NCBI GenBank assembly: GCA_030295235.1
Contig: AP026124.1
Span: forward strand, 2,170,001 to 2,234,000
DNA length: 64,000 nucleotides
Origin: Fistulifera solaris
Lineage: Eukaryota
Direction of reading: 5' to 3'
Shown here: positions 1 to 12,200 of the stretch, piece after piece
Layout: every line of letters starts with the position of its first letter
How positions within the stretch are numbered: the stretch's first letter is position 1
Position numbers and translations under genes: made by a program
The notes under the pieces: generated by a model
Databases searched by the model: none
Told to the model about the DNA's origin: nothing
The model's input: the letters and a program-made list of their open reading frames with translations, nothing else

Positions 1-1257
1 GATGGTGATGGTGTAGGAGACGAACTGGATGCGTTTCCCGACAACCCCAATGAATTTCTGGATTCCGATGGAGACGGCGTGAGTGACAACACCGATGAAC
101 TCCCTAATAACCCCACTGAGACGGTGGATACCGACGGTGATAGTGTAGGAGACAATTCCGATGCATTCCCAAATGATCCGAGTGAATTTGTGGATTCCGA
201 TGGCGATGGTATAGGCGACAACTCCGATGCATTCCACAAGGATCCAACTGAAACGAAAGACTCGGATGGAGATGGCGTAGGTGACAATGCTGATGCGTTT
301 CCAGATGATCCGAATGAATTTCTGGACTCAGATCTCGACGGTGTGGGTGATAACGTAGATGCTTTCCCCAACGATATCGATGAAACGACCGACTCAGATG
401 GAGATAACATCGGGAACAACGCTGACAGCTTTCCTAATGATGCCGCTGAAACTGCCGACTCCGATGGAGACGGGGTTGGAGATAACGCAGATACATTTCC
501 AGATAATCCTAAAGAAGTCGCAGATTCGGATGGAGACGGCGTGGGAAACAACGGAGATGCATTTCCCAACGATCCATACGAGTGGCAAGACACTGATAGC
601 GACGAAGTGGGGGATAACGGTGATGCCTATCCAAACGACGAATCCAAAACCCAAGATAGCCGGGATGGAATAGGAAATGTGGTTGCCAATGAAGAAGATG
701 ACCATGACAGTTCCGTTCCTCTCATTCTAGCACTAGGGCTTCCACTTATAGCGGTCCTCTTTCTCGCTAGTCTCTTTGCCGACAGGAAGAAGCAAGGAGT
801 CGCTGCGAACAATGTGCGTGGGGCCCTTGTATTTAAGGGTACAGGAGATCCGCCCAAGAGCTACCACGAAGGACTTTATCATCACCTACGAAACGGAACG
901 CGATATTTATCAACACGATGCGAATATTGTCTTGAGACCAGAAAGAACAGCTTTTATGTGGATGATAACCTGGGGACGATTCGCGAGGACGAAGTGTACG
1001 ATGACAACGTTTACGGTATGGATAGTATTCCCAGTTCCGACAGTTCATCAGGCCCACAAACTGGTCTTGCAGCCAAGTTCAAGGGTATGGATGTTCATAA
1101 GTGCAATAGTGCTTTGTGCCAAAGATGCCATCCGTCAAAAAAGCAAAGAATTCATTTTTACCTACCGGTCTGCGGCATGAGAGCAGCCGCAATCCCCAAG
1201 ACACGAATCAAAGTGGCGAAATTCCATTTTCGAGCGACGATTATCCTACCAAATTGA
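1..1257 (+). CDS. Thrombospondin type-3 (TSP3)-repeat single-pass membrane protein, 5'-truncated by the window edge
   Basis: Frame is open from base 1. About 10 tandem 22-aa repeats DSDGDGVGDNADAFPNDPxExx (to ~650), then a hydrophobic TM segment (VPLILALGLPLIAVLFLASLF) and a Cys/His-containing tail. Confidence 0.85.
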   Translation, partial: DGDGVGDELDAFPDNPNEFLDSDGDGVSDNTDELPNNPTETVDTDGDSVGDNSDAFPNDPSEFVDSDGDGIGDNSDAFHKDPTETKDSDGDGVGDNADAFPDDPNEFLDSDLDGVGDNVDAFPNDIDETTDSDGDNIGNNADSFPNDAAETADSDGDGVGDNADTFPDNPKEVADSDGDGVGNNGDAFPNDPYEWQDTDSDEVGDNGDAYPNDESKTQDSRDGIGNVVANEEDDHDSSVPLILALGLPLIAVLFLASLFADRKKQGVAANNVRGALVFKGTGDPPKSYHEGLYHHLRNGTRYLSTRCEYCLETRKNSFYVDDNLGTIREDEVYDDNVYGMDSIPSSDSSSGPQTGLAAKFKGMDVHKCNSALCQRCHPSKKQRIHFYLPVCGMRAAAIPKTRIKVAKFHFRATIILPN

Positions 1258-1420
1258 ATTATTATAGTGAGCGATCCGAAGTATAGTGGTCGCATCGTAA
1301 CTCGAAGCAATCTGTAAAACAATAGAACACATGATTATGTACGCTGATATGCTGCTCTTTATAGACAATCTTAAAATTTACAAACGCATCTATCAGGTCT
1401 TTCAATGTCGTCGATGTGGC

Positions 1421-2369
1421 TCATTGTTGCATTCTCGTAAACAGAGATGACAATGTTTCGTTCCAGTTACGCTCGTGTGATGCTATACTGCCTGTTGGGA
1501 TGCCACCGCCAGCTGCTTGACGCTTTCGATACAACTCTCGATCCACTTTATCTTTCTTCCAGCCGTTGGCTGGCTCTCTGACTCTTGGAGACACCATGAC
1601 AGTGGCACTGGCCTTTCCTCTACTTTGTCGTTTCAGTTCATTGCGATAGCCTTGCATCTGTGCGGCCCTTAGTTCCGCGGACACTTCTTCACGCTCTCCC
1701 AGTAGTACTTCTGTCGACTCTTGTTTCCACTTTCGCTTGGCCTGTGCCATGTATTTTTCGTCTTCCTGTGCTAGTAACCGCATTTGTTCGGCTTCTCGTT
1801 GTTCCGCGGCAATGCGATCTTGAATACTGCGCTCTTCATCGGCGCGCTGGGATTGTCGAATGACGATAGCCGACTTGTTAGCCTGCTCGTAATCTTTAAT
1901 TTTGTTTTTACATTCCTCGGCATTGGGCTCTTCATTGACAATCGAGAAAATCATATCTTCCACCATTTCGAGATAATTGTTGTATTCCAAAAGTGTCTCA
2001 AAATCGGCTTCCGTCTTGTTGTAAACTTTCAAAACACGACGACGCCAGCTCGTATCCTTTTCACATTGTACATCATCTAGAGTTCGTTGTGTCAGTGTGA
2101 CTCGCTTGACCATGGTCGAACAGACCGGACAGGGAAACTCTCGTCTCCGAGCAAATTCGCGATCGACGCAACTTTGACAACTGCAAAAGTGTACAATATC
2201 AGGTCTTGCAAACTTTCTTTTACTGCAAAAAATCCTCGACTACTTTGACTTACAACTGATGACCGCATTTGACCGTCGCATTCGTCATGAGAGACGCTTG
2301 TGAGGTTAAATTGGAGGAATCACCTTCTGTGGTACCGCAGATGGCGCATCGGAAAAGATCCTCTTCCAT
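1421..2369 (-). CDS. MNAT1: CDK-activating kinase assembly factor MAT1 (TFIIH subunit), 2 exons
   Basis: ATG at 2369 and intron 2253-2181 (GTAAGT...CAG). Splicing restores a C3HC4 RING (CAIC...CGHQFCQSC...CPVC), followed by the MAT1 core RRRVLKVYNKTEADFETLLEYNNYLEMVEDMIF and a coiled coil. Confidence 0.9.
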
Positions 2370-2645
2370 GTTTTCGTCTATCGTTGATTCGATGTGTTTG
2401 ACAACCATGCTCTCTCTTCTCTTTACTCGTAATTTATTCTGTGATTGACTAAATTGAAGAATTTGGTATTGTTACGTTTTTTGTTGGAAGTTGGAAACGC
2501 TCTTGTTTTTTACGAAAAGGGTGATGCTTTTTTGCAACGAAACAACGCGACGCAACATGCGAGATTATAGTAAAAACGTAATATGATCGTGACATGTCGG
2601 AATGGCACGCGAACACGGTTTTTGGGGACGACGTAAAATAATACT

Positions 2646-2665
2646 ACGGAGTACCGGTACTCCGT
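2646..2665. promoter_or_regulatory. Perfect 20-bp palindrome ACGGAGTACCGGTACTCCGT in a divergent promoter
   Basis: The sequence equals its own reverse complement and lies between the MAT1 start (2369, -) and the ORF start at 2778 (+). Regulatory role is inferred. Confidence 0.5.
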
Positions 2666-2777
2666 TATGTGAGAAGGCACTCGTTCGTTATTATTTGCAA
2701 CAACAAAAAATATACGGAGTGCGTGAAGAACTGCCAAGGAGTGGTTACAAAGCAAAAGAGTCACATTATTATCACCG

Positions 2778-3485
2778 ATGGAATCAAAAGATCCCCCAAA
2801 GGCGAAGAAAAGGGCTACACTTATCCAGATTTCTGCAAGTCAAGCAGAAGAAGGGAATCACAAAGCCCCCTCTGTTTCGAGAAAGGATGATCAGTGTAAA
2901 TCATCGACCAAGTCCACAAGGAATCCTGCAATCTACAGTGATACCGAAGATGATTATCAAGATCATCACAAACCGGCGTTGACGTCCGCTGCACAAAAGG
3001 TAGCGCATTTGGAGTCTCGATCCCTCCTGCCGGGCGAATCGCTGCGCCATCTTCCTCTCACCACTGCAAGGAAACGAAAGAAACCAAGACAGGTGGGTGT
3101 CCCGACGGAAGCCATGGCGGTGGTACACATTCTGCACGATGAGGTACGCGATTATTTGGCGTCCCAATCGTTGGATCGTGAAGAACGTGTCATGCTCATT
3201 CAATGGTATAAGGCCGTGCGTGATCAGTTGACGGAACAGAATGAGTTGTTGGTGGAGAACTGTCGGCTGACCACGAATCGTCGTGATCTCGACAAGCAAG
3301 TAATTAAGCAACGACAAGAACTTATAACCTTACAATCCAACATTCGTAGCGTGGAGAATGAAATCAAGGACTTGGAAAATCGAGTTGTTGTGAATCAGCA
3401 ACAGAGTCGTGCGCAACGGGACGCGACTCGGTTTTTGGAAGGATTGGGGCAGTTGGCTGCTACATCTCGCTCACTCCATCCATAA
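2778..3485 (+). CDS. Hypothetical protein with basic NLS-like patch and C-terminal coiled coil
   Basis: 235-aa ORF with RKRKK and a heptad-like C-terminal half. No family recognised. Confidence 0.6.
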   Translation: MESKDPPKAKKRATLIQISASQAEEGNHKAPSVSRKDDQCKSSTKSTRNPAIYSDTEDDYQDHHKPALTSAAQKVAHLESRSLLPGESLRHLPLTTARKRKKPRQVGVPTEAMAVVHILHDEVRDYLASQSLDREERVMLIQWYKAVRDQLTEQNELLVENCRLTTNRRDLDKQVIKQRQELITLQSNIRSVENEIKDLENRVVVNQQQSRAQRDATRFLEGLGQLAATSRSLHP

Positions 3486-3621
3486 TTATGAATAGCTGTC
3501 TGGGAATGATTTTTTTAAATGTACAGGTAAAGCTAAGTAAAAGCAATGTAATGTACACTAAATAAAATAAAAACGATTCTGATATACCCTTCAATGTGAA
3601 AGATCCATAATCGATTGGTTG

Positions 3622-5289
3622 TCAGCAAAGATTTGCATCTTGCTGTATGCCCATGCGTTTGCTCTCTAGAATACTATCGAGTTGCGCTAAGAGCTCTGTC
3701 GACAGCGGAGGAGGCGGTTTCGACCACAATAGATCCGCCTTCCCCACCTCTTTTAGGCGCTTCGAGTCCTCGGGAAGATGAGCACTCACACCGACAAGAA
3801 CAGGTCGATTCTTCGCTATAGCAGCAAACCGTTGCAAAAGTAAGGAGCCCGATGCGTTCGCATTACCGCAGACTCCTGGTTGTTGACGATGGAAGAGCTT
3901 CAGGCGCTCTTCAACAATAATGAGGTCAAACGTGGTCTTGAGTACTTGCTTGAAAGCTTCTTCGCTAGTTTTACAGGTCGAAATCACGGCATCCGGGATG
4001 GCATGCTGGAAGGCCTTTGCGAATAGCTTGAGGCAGATGTCGTGAGGGTCCACGATTAGAATCCTCTTAATCGATTTTCTGGCTTCAGGTGGACGAATTT
4101 CGTTCAAACTGTCCAACGCAGGGAAAGTAAGATCGATCGCATCAGCTCGCAACGCCGCGTGTGAAAACAGCGCTTTCGTGGCGGTAGGAGTTATTTGTCG
4201 TTCAATGACGCGGCCTGTTCCAGTAGGAATAATCTCGGTACGAGTAAAGGCCATGATCCTCCGTGTAGCTTCCAGCTTGAAGGCGTGCATCTCACCTGCA
4301 GTATACCAGATACACAATGCTTCCTCTTCGCTCCGGCTAAACTCTCGTACCAGAACTCGCGCATCGAAGACAACATCGCGCGTGGCTTGGGGATGCGAGA
4401 TCGGACGAGGCGACCGCAGATCGTCGGGACAAACATTGTCGGAGACCGGAGATTGGTTATCACTTGTATCACTGGAGGCCAGTGAGGGAATATCTGATTC
4501 AATAGAAGAGACTTTCTCGACTTCATTCGATTGTTTGCGAGCAGTCCCGTAGGAACTCGAGCGAAGAATCGAAGGATGCTTCTTTACTTTCTGAGGCTCT
4601 GTATCCGACTCGCGGTCACTGCGTCCTAAAGATATGTCACTATTGAAGGAATCGGATCCGGTGGATGAAGACAACGCCCTTAAAGGGGAGACACGAACAG
4701 GTAGAATGGACCTTCTTCTTCCGTTTGAGTTTGTTGGTTGCGCGGCTCGGAGAAAATGCGAACGAGATGGATCTATTTGCATGTTTGCCTTGTTCTTGTT
4801 GTTGTTCTCTTCTCGCTCCAACTTGTTTTGCTTCATTACAGCTGTGTTGTGTCCCAATTCCATACGAGGTGTGAGTGGGAGTGCAGGTACGAAATGAGCA
4901 GGAACGTCCAAGTCAAGCCGTGTCATTTGTTCGCGAGAAAGTAACGGGCTTAGAGGTAGCATGTGACTACACTTGAAGTCGGCATCGCTACCATGACTGA
5001 GTGCTATATCCTTCAATGTCAGATTGCCTGGTAAATCTTTTTTCGTCTCCGATACCTCCGAGATACAATCAATGGTAGATCTCGGGGACGGCATACTTTC
5101 CCCGTAAAGTGCGGGGAAGATTACCCTCCGTTGCTTCAAGTTAGCAGGCATCCGTGAACGTGCACACTTCGTATAATTGTGACGAGGGGATTGCTTTTGT
5201 TGAAGATCGCGAGGAATACAAAATAGTGAAACGGAAAACACATTGACGTTATCCGCCCGCACCGGACTCGAAGAGATAGCGTGAAGCAT
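3622..5289 (-). CDS. Protein with C-terminal response-regulator receiver (pseudo-receiver) domain
   Basis: Ser-rich N-terminus, then CheY-like motifs KRILIVD...FDLIIVEE...VGVSAH...ADLLWSKPP. True start uncertain (5289 or a downstream Met). Confidence 0.75.
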   Translation of the reverse strand: MLHAISSSPVRADNVNVFSVSLFCIPRDLQQKQSPRHNYTKCARSRMPANLKQRRVIFPALYGESMPSPRSTIDCISEVSETKKDLPGNLTLKDIALSHGSDADFKCSHMLPLSPLLSREQMTRLDLDVPAHFVPALPLTPRMELGHNTAVMKQNKLEREENNNKNKANMQIDPSRSHFLRAAQPTNSNGRRRSILPVRVSPLRALSSSTGSDSFNSDISLGRSDRESDTEPQKVKKHPSILRSSSYGTARKQSNEVEKVSSIESDIPSLASSDTSDNQSPVSDNVCPDDLRSPRPISHPQATRDVVFDARVLVREFSRSEEEALCIWYTAGEMHAFKLEATRRIMAFTRTEIIPTGTGRVIERQITPTATKALFSHAALRADAIDLTFPALDSLNEIRPPEARKSIKRILIVDPHDICLKLFAKAFQHAIPDAVISTCKTSEEAFKQVLKTTFDLIIVEERLKLFHRQQPGVCGNANASGSLLLQRFAAIAKNRPVLVGVSAHLPEDSKRLKEVGKADLLWSKPPPPLSTELLAQLDSILESKRMGIQQDANLC

Positions 5290-5791
5290 GTTGGAATGGA
5301 AAACACACGCTATTAGTTCGCATTAGCAACACGGGTTACCCCGTGTGCTTGTGTTGGCAATGATAAAGGAACTCGCGGTGATGCGAAGACCGAAGCAGAT
5401 CGCCACCGTCGCAATAATCGAGCATAAAAAAATTTGATGGGGCCATCAGCTTTCGGAATGCCAATTGTTCGACGAGAGAAAGGTGCATCTTCACTATATA
5501 TCATACAGTGTAGCGTACAGGATAGAAGTACAAGTGGAAAACAAATCTTTCTGTGCGGTGCTGGTCGCATTCTTAATTGACACATAAATACTGTCACTTT
5601 CCGCCTAAATACGAAATGCCGGACGCCGAATTCCTTTCAAATAATATCAGGCAATTAGAACTGATCTTCTTACTTCGGAATGCAGTTGTGTTCTTCGATT
5701 CTTCACGTGGTTCTTCGGTTCTTCCTCTTCCGTTTTTCATTTACGAGTGGTAGCCGGTATGACACCGGACTGGTGATCGAAATCGAAGGAC

Positions 5792-6244
5792 TCTCACGTA
5801 TCGACGGACAGAAACAGAAATTCTGTCAACCAAGTCGCTACGTTTCGCAACAACAGAAGAGGAAGTATCTGGTAGAGCTAAGACGATAAACAGTCAAAGT
5901 TTTCCAAACAACAATATTATGAAGCCTTTACAAATCCGACAAATGAACAAGGTGGAATCTCACTGGGTGATGGTTCCGCCCGAGAATGTCACTGCCATCG
6001 GACTAGGTCTTGTTTTATCTTGAAATTCTGAGCTCACGTATGTGGCTCTAACATTCTTGTATCGCGTTGCTTGCAAACCTTTCACGCCTTCACGATCAAC
6101 CCAAATCGTGCAAAGACCCTTGGGCCTCGCCCAAGAGGTTACATTCGGATGCTTCCGATTTGGGGATCGGAATTCGCATTAGGTCGTCGCGGCCATATTG
6201 GCTGAGTCCCTAGTAGTCTGCCCGCTATCCGCATTTCCGTGACA
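5792..6244 (-). repeat. 3' LTR (453 bp)
   Basis: Matches 12458-12908 except for two 1-nt indels that I could see. Minus-strand termini TGTCACG...CGTGAGA. Confidence 0.95.
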
Positions 6245-6253
6245 CTCCCTCTC
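6245..6253 (-). other. Polypurine tract (GAGAGGGAG)
   Basis: Purine run immediately 5' of the 3' LTR on the minus strand. Confidence 0.85.
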
Positions 6254-6272
6254 AGACGAAGAGAGACCACTT

Positions 6273-9200
6273 TCAACCCAACCCATTAACTTGTCTCCGA
6301 AGATAGGTAAATGTTTCCCTAGGCAATCCTTTCGTCATGATATCCGCAAGCTGTTCTGTAGTGTCAATCTTGTTGATTTTCAATTCACCACTTTGAACAT
6401 GTTGTCGGAAGAAATGATACTTCGTGCCGTAGTGCTTCGAGCGAGGGGTCATCCAGCGGAATTGTAGCAAGAGTGAGCGCTCCATTGTTGTCTTCAAATA
6501 CATCCGAATGAGCAATGCTCTCGACTTGGTCTTCTCCAGTAATAGCCTTAGCAACAGCAGTAACAAGTCTTCGCATCGGCAAAACATCGCGCATGGCGGT
6601 ACTCAATGCGACATATTCACTCTCCATTGTACTTAGAGAGATTTCAGACTGTAGCTTCGATACCCAAAGTAGGGGGCAATTGCCGAGCGTCAAAATATAA
6701 CCAGTACGCGACTTCACACTTATCGGATCTTCAGGATCTTCAGCACCCCACAATCCGGCAAAGTCGGCATCAACAAAACAATCAATTTTCAACTCTTTCG
6801 TCGGACGCATCACCAAACCACGATCTGCCGTTCCTTTTAAATAACGCACTATTCTCTTGATTGCTTTAGCATGACTTTGCCGTGGTGAATGAGTGAAGCG
6901 AGCGCACTGGTGGACAGCAAATGCAATATCCGGTCGAGAGTTTGACGACAAGTAGAGCAACATTCCGACAACCGAAGCATAATTCCAAGACTTCGGCAAA
7001 GCGCAGCACCAGCCAAATCTTTTCCCAATGGCTTGTTTTCAGCAGGCGTGTCGCCAAGAATTACAATCAGCCATGTCGGTGGCTTCGATGACGGCGTTTA
7101 ATGAGACCTTTCTGGGTCAACTCGATAGTATCTCCACGGCGGGTAAACTGAATTCCCAAGAACGCGGAAACATCTTTCGACTCCACAGTTAAAGTTAAAA
7201 CCTTGTCAATAGTGTCAATCATGTCATCCATGCACTTTTCATCGAGACTGAACCAAAGGCAATCATCGACATAAGTCAAACAAATAATTTTCGTGCACGA
7301 ACAGGCAAGCATCGATGTCGACCAACTGTTTGAAACCATGCTTCTCCAAAGTGTCCTTCAACAAGTTGAAGAATCGGAGTGGACTGTCGGACTTTCCGTA
7401 AAGCGTCTTCTGGAGCATCAAAACAGTGTCTTCGCCATCGTCGTGAAATCCTTGAGGCATCTCAATGTAGCACTCTTCAGTAGGTGGCAAAGGGGCTTGA
7501 GCAAAACGCATTGACATAATCAACTTGGCGGGGTATGCATTCCGTGGACGATGGACATAATTAACAGCAACCGAACTGTGGACCACTGTACGACAGGAGA
7601 GTAGGACTCAAGTAGTCTACTCCTTTTATCTCCATGTCGCCCACGAACACAAAACCTCGCCTTGTACTTCGTGGGTGTCCCATCCGGTGAACGTTTAAGC
7701 CGAAGCAGCCCAAGTGGATTTTATCACGCTTATTCGCGGGTACTGAAGCTCGCGGAATTTTCTTCCACGTCCCCATCATCTCCAACATTCGAATTTCTTT
7801 CACCATCGCCTCTTGCCATTCTCGATATTGACTGACGACATTGCTTGATGATACATTGGATAGTCGGGATCGGAACCTTTCTTTGGCTTCTTTGCACGCT
7901 GCATAGCGGCAAAAGCAACAGGGTCGCGCAAATCAAACTCGCCGATCTCCGAATCCCAACAAGCAACAAGGCCGGAATGAATCGACGCAATAAAAGAGAA
8001 AGTTCGCGAGGAATCGGCGCAAGAACAACCGAAGCAACGTTTGTAATAAATTCATTGAATCTCTTTGGAGCACGTCTCGCCGAGTGGATCGGCGAGGTTC
8101 GGCAGGAACAGCTGGTGTCTTCTTCCAGCGGCGAACTTGATGGAGGCTTGGCATCCACAGCAACCTTTGGAGCAGGAATCGGCTCAACCGGCTTTGAAAT
8201 AGGCTCAGATAATTTAACAGGAGTAGTAACTGTCTTTTGTTCTGGCTCCCTCTGCAATGTAGGCTCGTTTGAACTCTTTTCAGTTGTAGGCTCGGCATCG
8301 GTTCGTAATCGCTGGTGCACTTTGTCGAAATCAACTGGAGGGCTAGCAGTGTCTTGGGCGCTTCGAATTTTGCGAGATCGCTCTTGAATTCGAACATGCA
8401 ACTCATCTTGACTCAACCATTCATCATCCAAGTCGATCGGATCATCCTCATCGAAAAATACCTGAAAGCGAGATGATGCGAAGATGTCGGCCCAAGTCTC
8501 CGGATCGACAGAATCATCCTCATTAACGACATTCGAAACAGTGGCAAACCAATCATCAACAACAACAAGGAACTGCGCGGAAATCCGGTTTGTTTCTAGG
8601 TTCAGAACGACAGGAACATTCGATGCATGCCGCTTTGACAAACCCAAGAAAACGCCGGCGTCTCGAGCGAGGTTCAAATTTTGGAATCTTGTGCCCATCT
8701 TGCAATTGAGGGTTCAAAATATACGCGGGTGATCCCCATACATGCATATCAGCAAACACTTTTCGATCGGTCGTTGTTCTGAAGATCATATCAGCCGGAG
8801 ATGAATTATTTTCGCCGGGTCCGTAGTTGAAATTTTGAACGACATAATCGATCGCCTGAGGCCACAAATCCGAAGAAATCGCTTTCGGCCAACGCAGTTT
8901 AGCATGTAGCATCGTGGTGCGTGCAAGAGATATAATACTTCCGATCGCGCTCAGCAACAGCATTTTGGTGGTGAGCACCAGGTCCACTGAGAGTCATCGA
9001 CTGGTAGTTCGTATCAATTTGCTTTGTGAACTCCTGCGCCCGTAAGCGTGCCATTGTCGGTATGATATTGGACCACCGTGATGCCGTGATTAGCCATTGC
9101 ACTTTCGAACTCCAACTTGGCGCGCAAAGCCCTCGCCAGCAGTAAAATTCAAAACGTGAGCGGCATTACCGCGAATCCACTTGCATGATCGACAAAAATC

Positions 9201-12200
9201 ACACCGCCTTTGAACTTCTCATCATCTTTGGTACCACCGAAACCAGAGTAGAGACGTCCCCTCGTTGAAACAGAGAAGTGATCCATTGAAACCTTCTGGC
9301 CCGGAATTAAAATATCCTTCGAGAGAACTTTGGATTGGCGATCGACGGTCAATTTTGCTCCAGTCGACTTGCTTTCCTTTTCCATACATGCAAGCAGCGC
9401 GCGGAAATATCACAACGCTGCCGCCGCTTTGACTTCAGCAGACTTTCCGAGAGCGCCGGTTTTGAGCAAGGCTTGAATATTTTTCATGCTTCGGTGAACA
9501 AATCGGAAATGTAAGCGAAGAAGAAATTTCTGTGCTTCACTCAAGTTTTGATTCTCAGCCAGCGGTCACACAGTTTGAATCTTTGCAGCATTGAGAGCAA
9601 CAGATTGTTTTCGGAACATCTCCAGAGTAGGCAAGTTGTTTTCCGGAGAGTAAACAATATCAAGAAAGTGGCCGTCCAACAGATCGACATGAATGAGGCT
9701 CGAGTCGCCTGAAAAACGCGGTTCGTCGTTACGTTCGCGCCTTCACCAATTGACAGTAGGACTGTGGGCTGAAGAGTCGGACATTGGCATCGGGCATATG
9801 TAGCCCAGGGATCCGAAAAGTAAAGCCCTTGCCGTTGGACAGAGTAACAGTCCACTCAAGAGTGCCCGTGCCGGCAATCGAAGAACCTGCAGCAAAGCCA
9901 GACAAAACTTTATCGCCAGTAGTCGGAGTGTAGGACGTGAAGTCAGCACGGTCGAAAGTAACAGCAACTGTGGCTCCAGTATCCCAAATAACCGGAAACA
10001 GATCCGCCATGGTAGGCTTTCCAGCGACATGCACTTGATGCAAAGCAGGGAGGGCATAAATAGACGGGGGCAGCTTCGCGTACGGTGCAAAGTAGGCTTT
10101 AGAGTTGTCTACACTATTATCTCCCTCTCGAAGCAACATCGTCTCACTTTCACTAGCAGCTCCCTCTGGAAAGAAATGCCCAGTGGGATAGCAAAACAGA
10201 AGAGAGTCGTCCAGTAGGTTCCAAGGCTTAGGATGCCCGTTCGGCGGACACGATAAATCTAAAGACTCGGTACACAAATGGCCATTGCTGTCAATCATAT
10301 CCGGAAGCTCCAAGGCCCAACGAGGAATCGCTTGAAGTCTTCGACGACGTTTGCTCCTCGCAGTTTCCGACAAAACGATTTTTGCTTGCGACGCCGAAAA
10401 ACACCATCCTCACCATGCTGACAAGACGAATCGTTTGAAGATGAAGAAGGATCAGGAGGTCGGCGCAAGCGTCGGCTGCGATCACTTGGATGAAACTGGT
10501 AGCAGCCATGCCAGGCGGGCACCAAGTTGACTCCATAAACAACACCGGGGGGCTTTCGAGCGTAAGCGTCACTTCGCCACATGCTCGTCATGATCGAAGA
10601 AAGCACCATGAAACGACACGGGAGAGAGATGAGGCAGCTCGGGCAAAGGGCGTGAATCGCGGCCGAAGACCAAGAGAGCGACGATGAGAAGCGGCACTTT
10701 GGGCACGCAACCACTTGAGATGGTCGCAGCAACACGGAAATGACGCCACCAAGAAAAGCACTCCACAATCAACCAGCAAAGAATAAAATGCTTCGGTAAA
10801 GCTCCAACAATAAACGACCGATAAATATGGACAAAAGGCTCAGGAAGGGACCTCGATCGAAGGTTCACCTTCCCTGCCGATTTCCTATTCGAATCGCTGT
10901 CGGAACCCCAACAGAACTGCAAGGGTGCCGTCCAAGCTTGAGCAACATTAGCGGCAGGAGCGGCGGGCTTGGCATCAGCGGGCTTCTCTTCTTTGCTCTT
11001 GTGCTCGTCGGTTCCATGAGTCTGGTTCCAACGCTTGCACTTGGCTAGCAATAATAGAAAGTCTTGCCGTACTTGGTCATGGTGGTGGGCTCGCCGTCCT
11101 TCGGCGATGCGAGTCCAACGAGTTTCGGTCGAACCACCGCTTTTCTTGTCGCCATCACCACCGCCAGCCTTCGGAGCAGCCTTGTCTTTGTTCGCCTTCT
11201 TGTCCTTGGTCTTCGAGGGAGGCAGTTTTAGTGCCGTTCGACTCGAATTTCGACTTGAGGGTCTTGAACTCGGCTTTGAGACTCTTGATAGCCGCAGTAT
11301 TAGCACTAACATCAGTAGCAACTCCTTTAGCCGGTCCCCAATCATCCTTAAGAGTGCTGTAGAAATCTTTAGCTTCATGGAGAATGCGGCGATAGTTTGT
11401 ATAACCGCTCATCCTTTCAGCAACTTCCTTCGACTTTCCGGCAGAGAGACGGCACAAAGTCGGAGAGAGATGCTAACCGTGTGCCAGTGAACACGGGCAG
11501 CCGACCGAACATTTGCACAGCTGCTGCTGCAAAATAATCAAGTGGTCGCTGAGGGAGCTGGTCATTAGCTTCCAACTCCTGCAAAGTCTCCATCTGCGCA
11601 TTCGCCCAAGCAGCAACATTCTCACCGGGAGTTTCAACCAACGTGCGGCTTGGTGAACTCTTCTCCGAGCTCTGAGACACGGCCGAAATGCGTTGGGAAG
11701 AACTTCTTCGGTGATTTTCATCCAAACCAAAGGGCCAAAGCGCATGGCCGGAACTCAAGGAAGTACGAATCGTGCGCTGGAAGGAGCGCTCCAACGAGTT
11801 GAGCAGAAAAGCAGCCGAATCGCTAAGCGAGTTGATCATGTACTGATCAAAGACACCGGACTTGATCATGTCTTCAAGATGCTTCAGCGACTTCGTCGAA
11901 AGTGAACTTGCCATGGTACACGAAGAGATCGATGACACGACTGAGATCAGCAGGATCATTCATGTAGAACGGCCGTGTCGAGACCATGCGTAATACAATG
12001 GTTGAACGCTTCATCCGCGAGCTCAACAAGGCGGTAGTCATTCGCGGTAGGACTGAACTTGGGGTCGAGACCGGCGATGCGATCCTTAAAACTTTTCTCA
12101 GCGCGATAAGGATTCGGATCTCGGAAGCAGTAGGGGCGTCGCAGGCACAAGGTTAACACTCGCGAGTAAAGTTTGCATCCGGAGGACCACCAATAGCTGG

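Noticed and set aside
1..650. Regularly spaced ~66-bp repeats as a CRISPR array or satellite
   Set aside because: The repeats vary at synonymous positions, have no unique spacers and encode TSP3 protein repeats.
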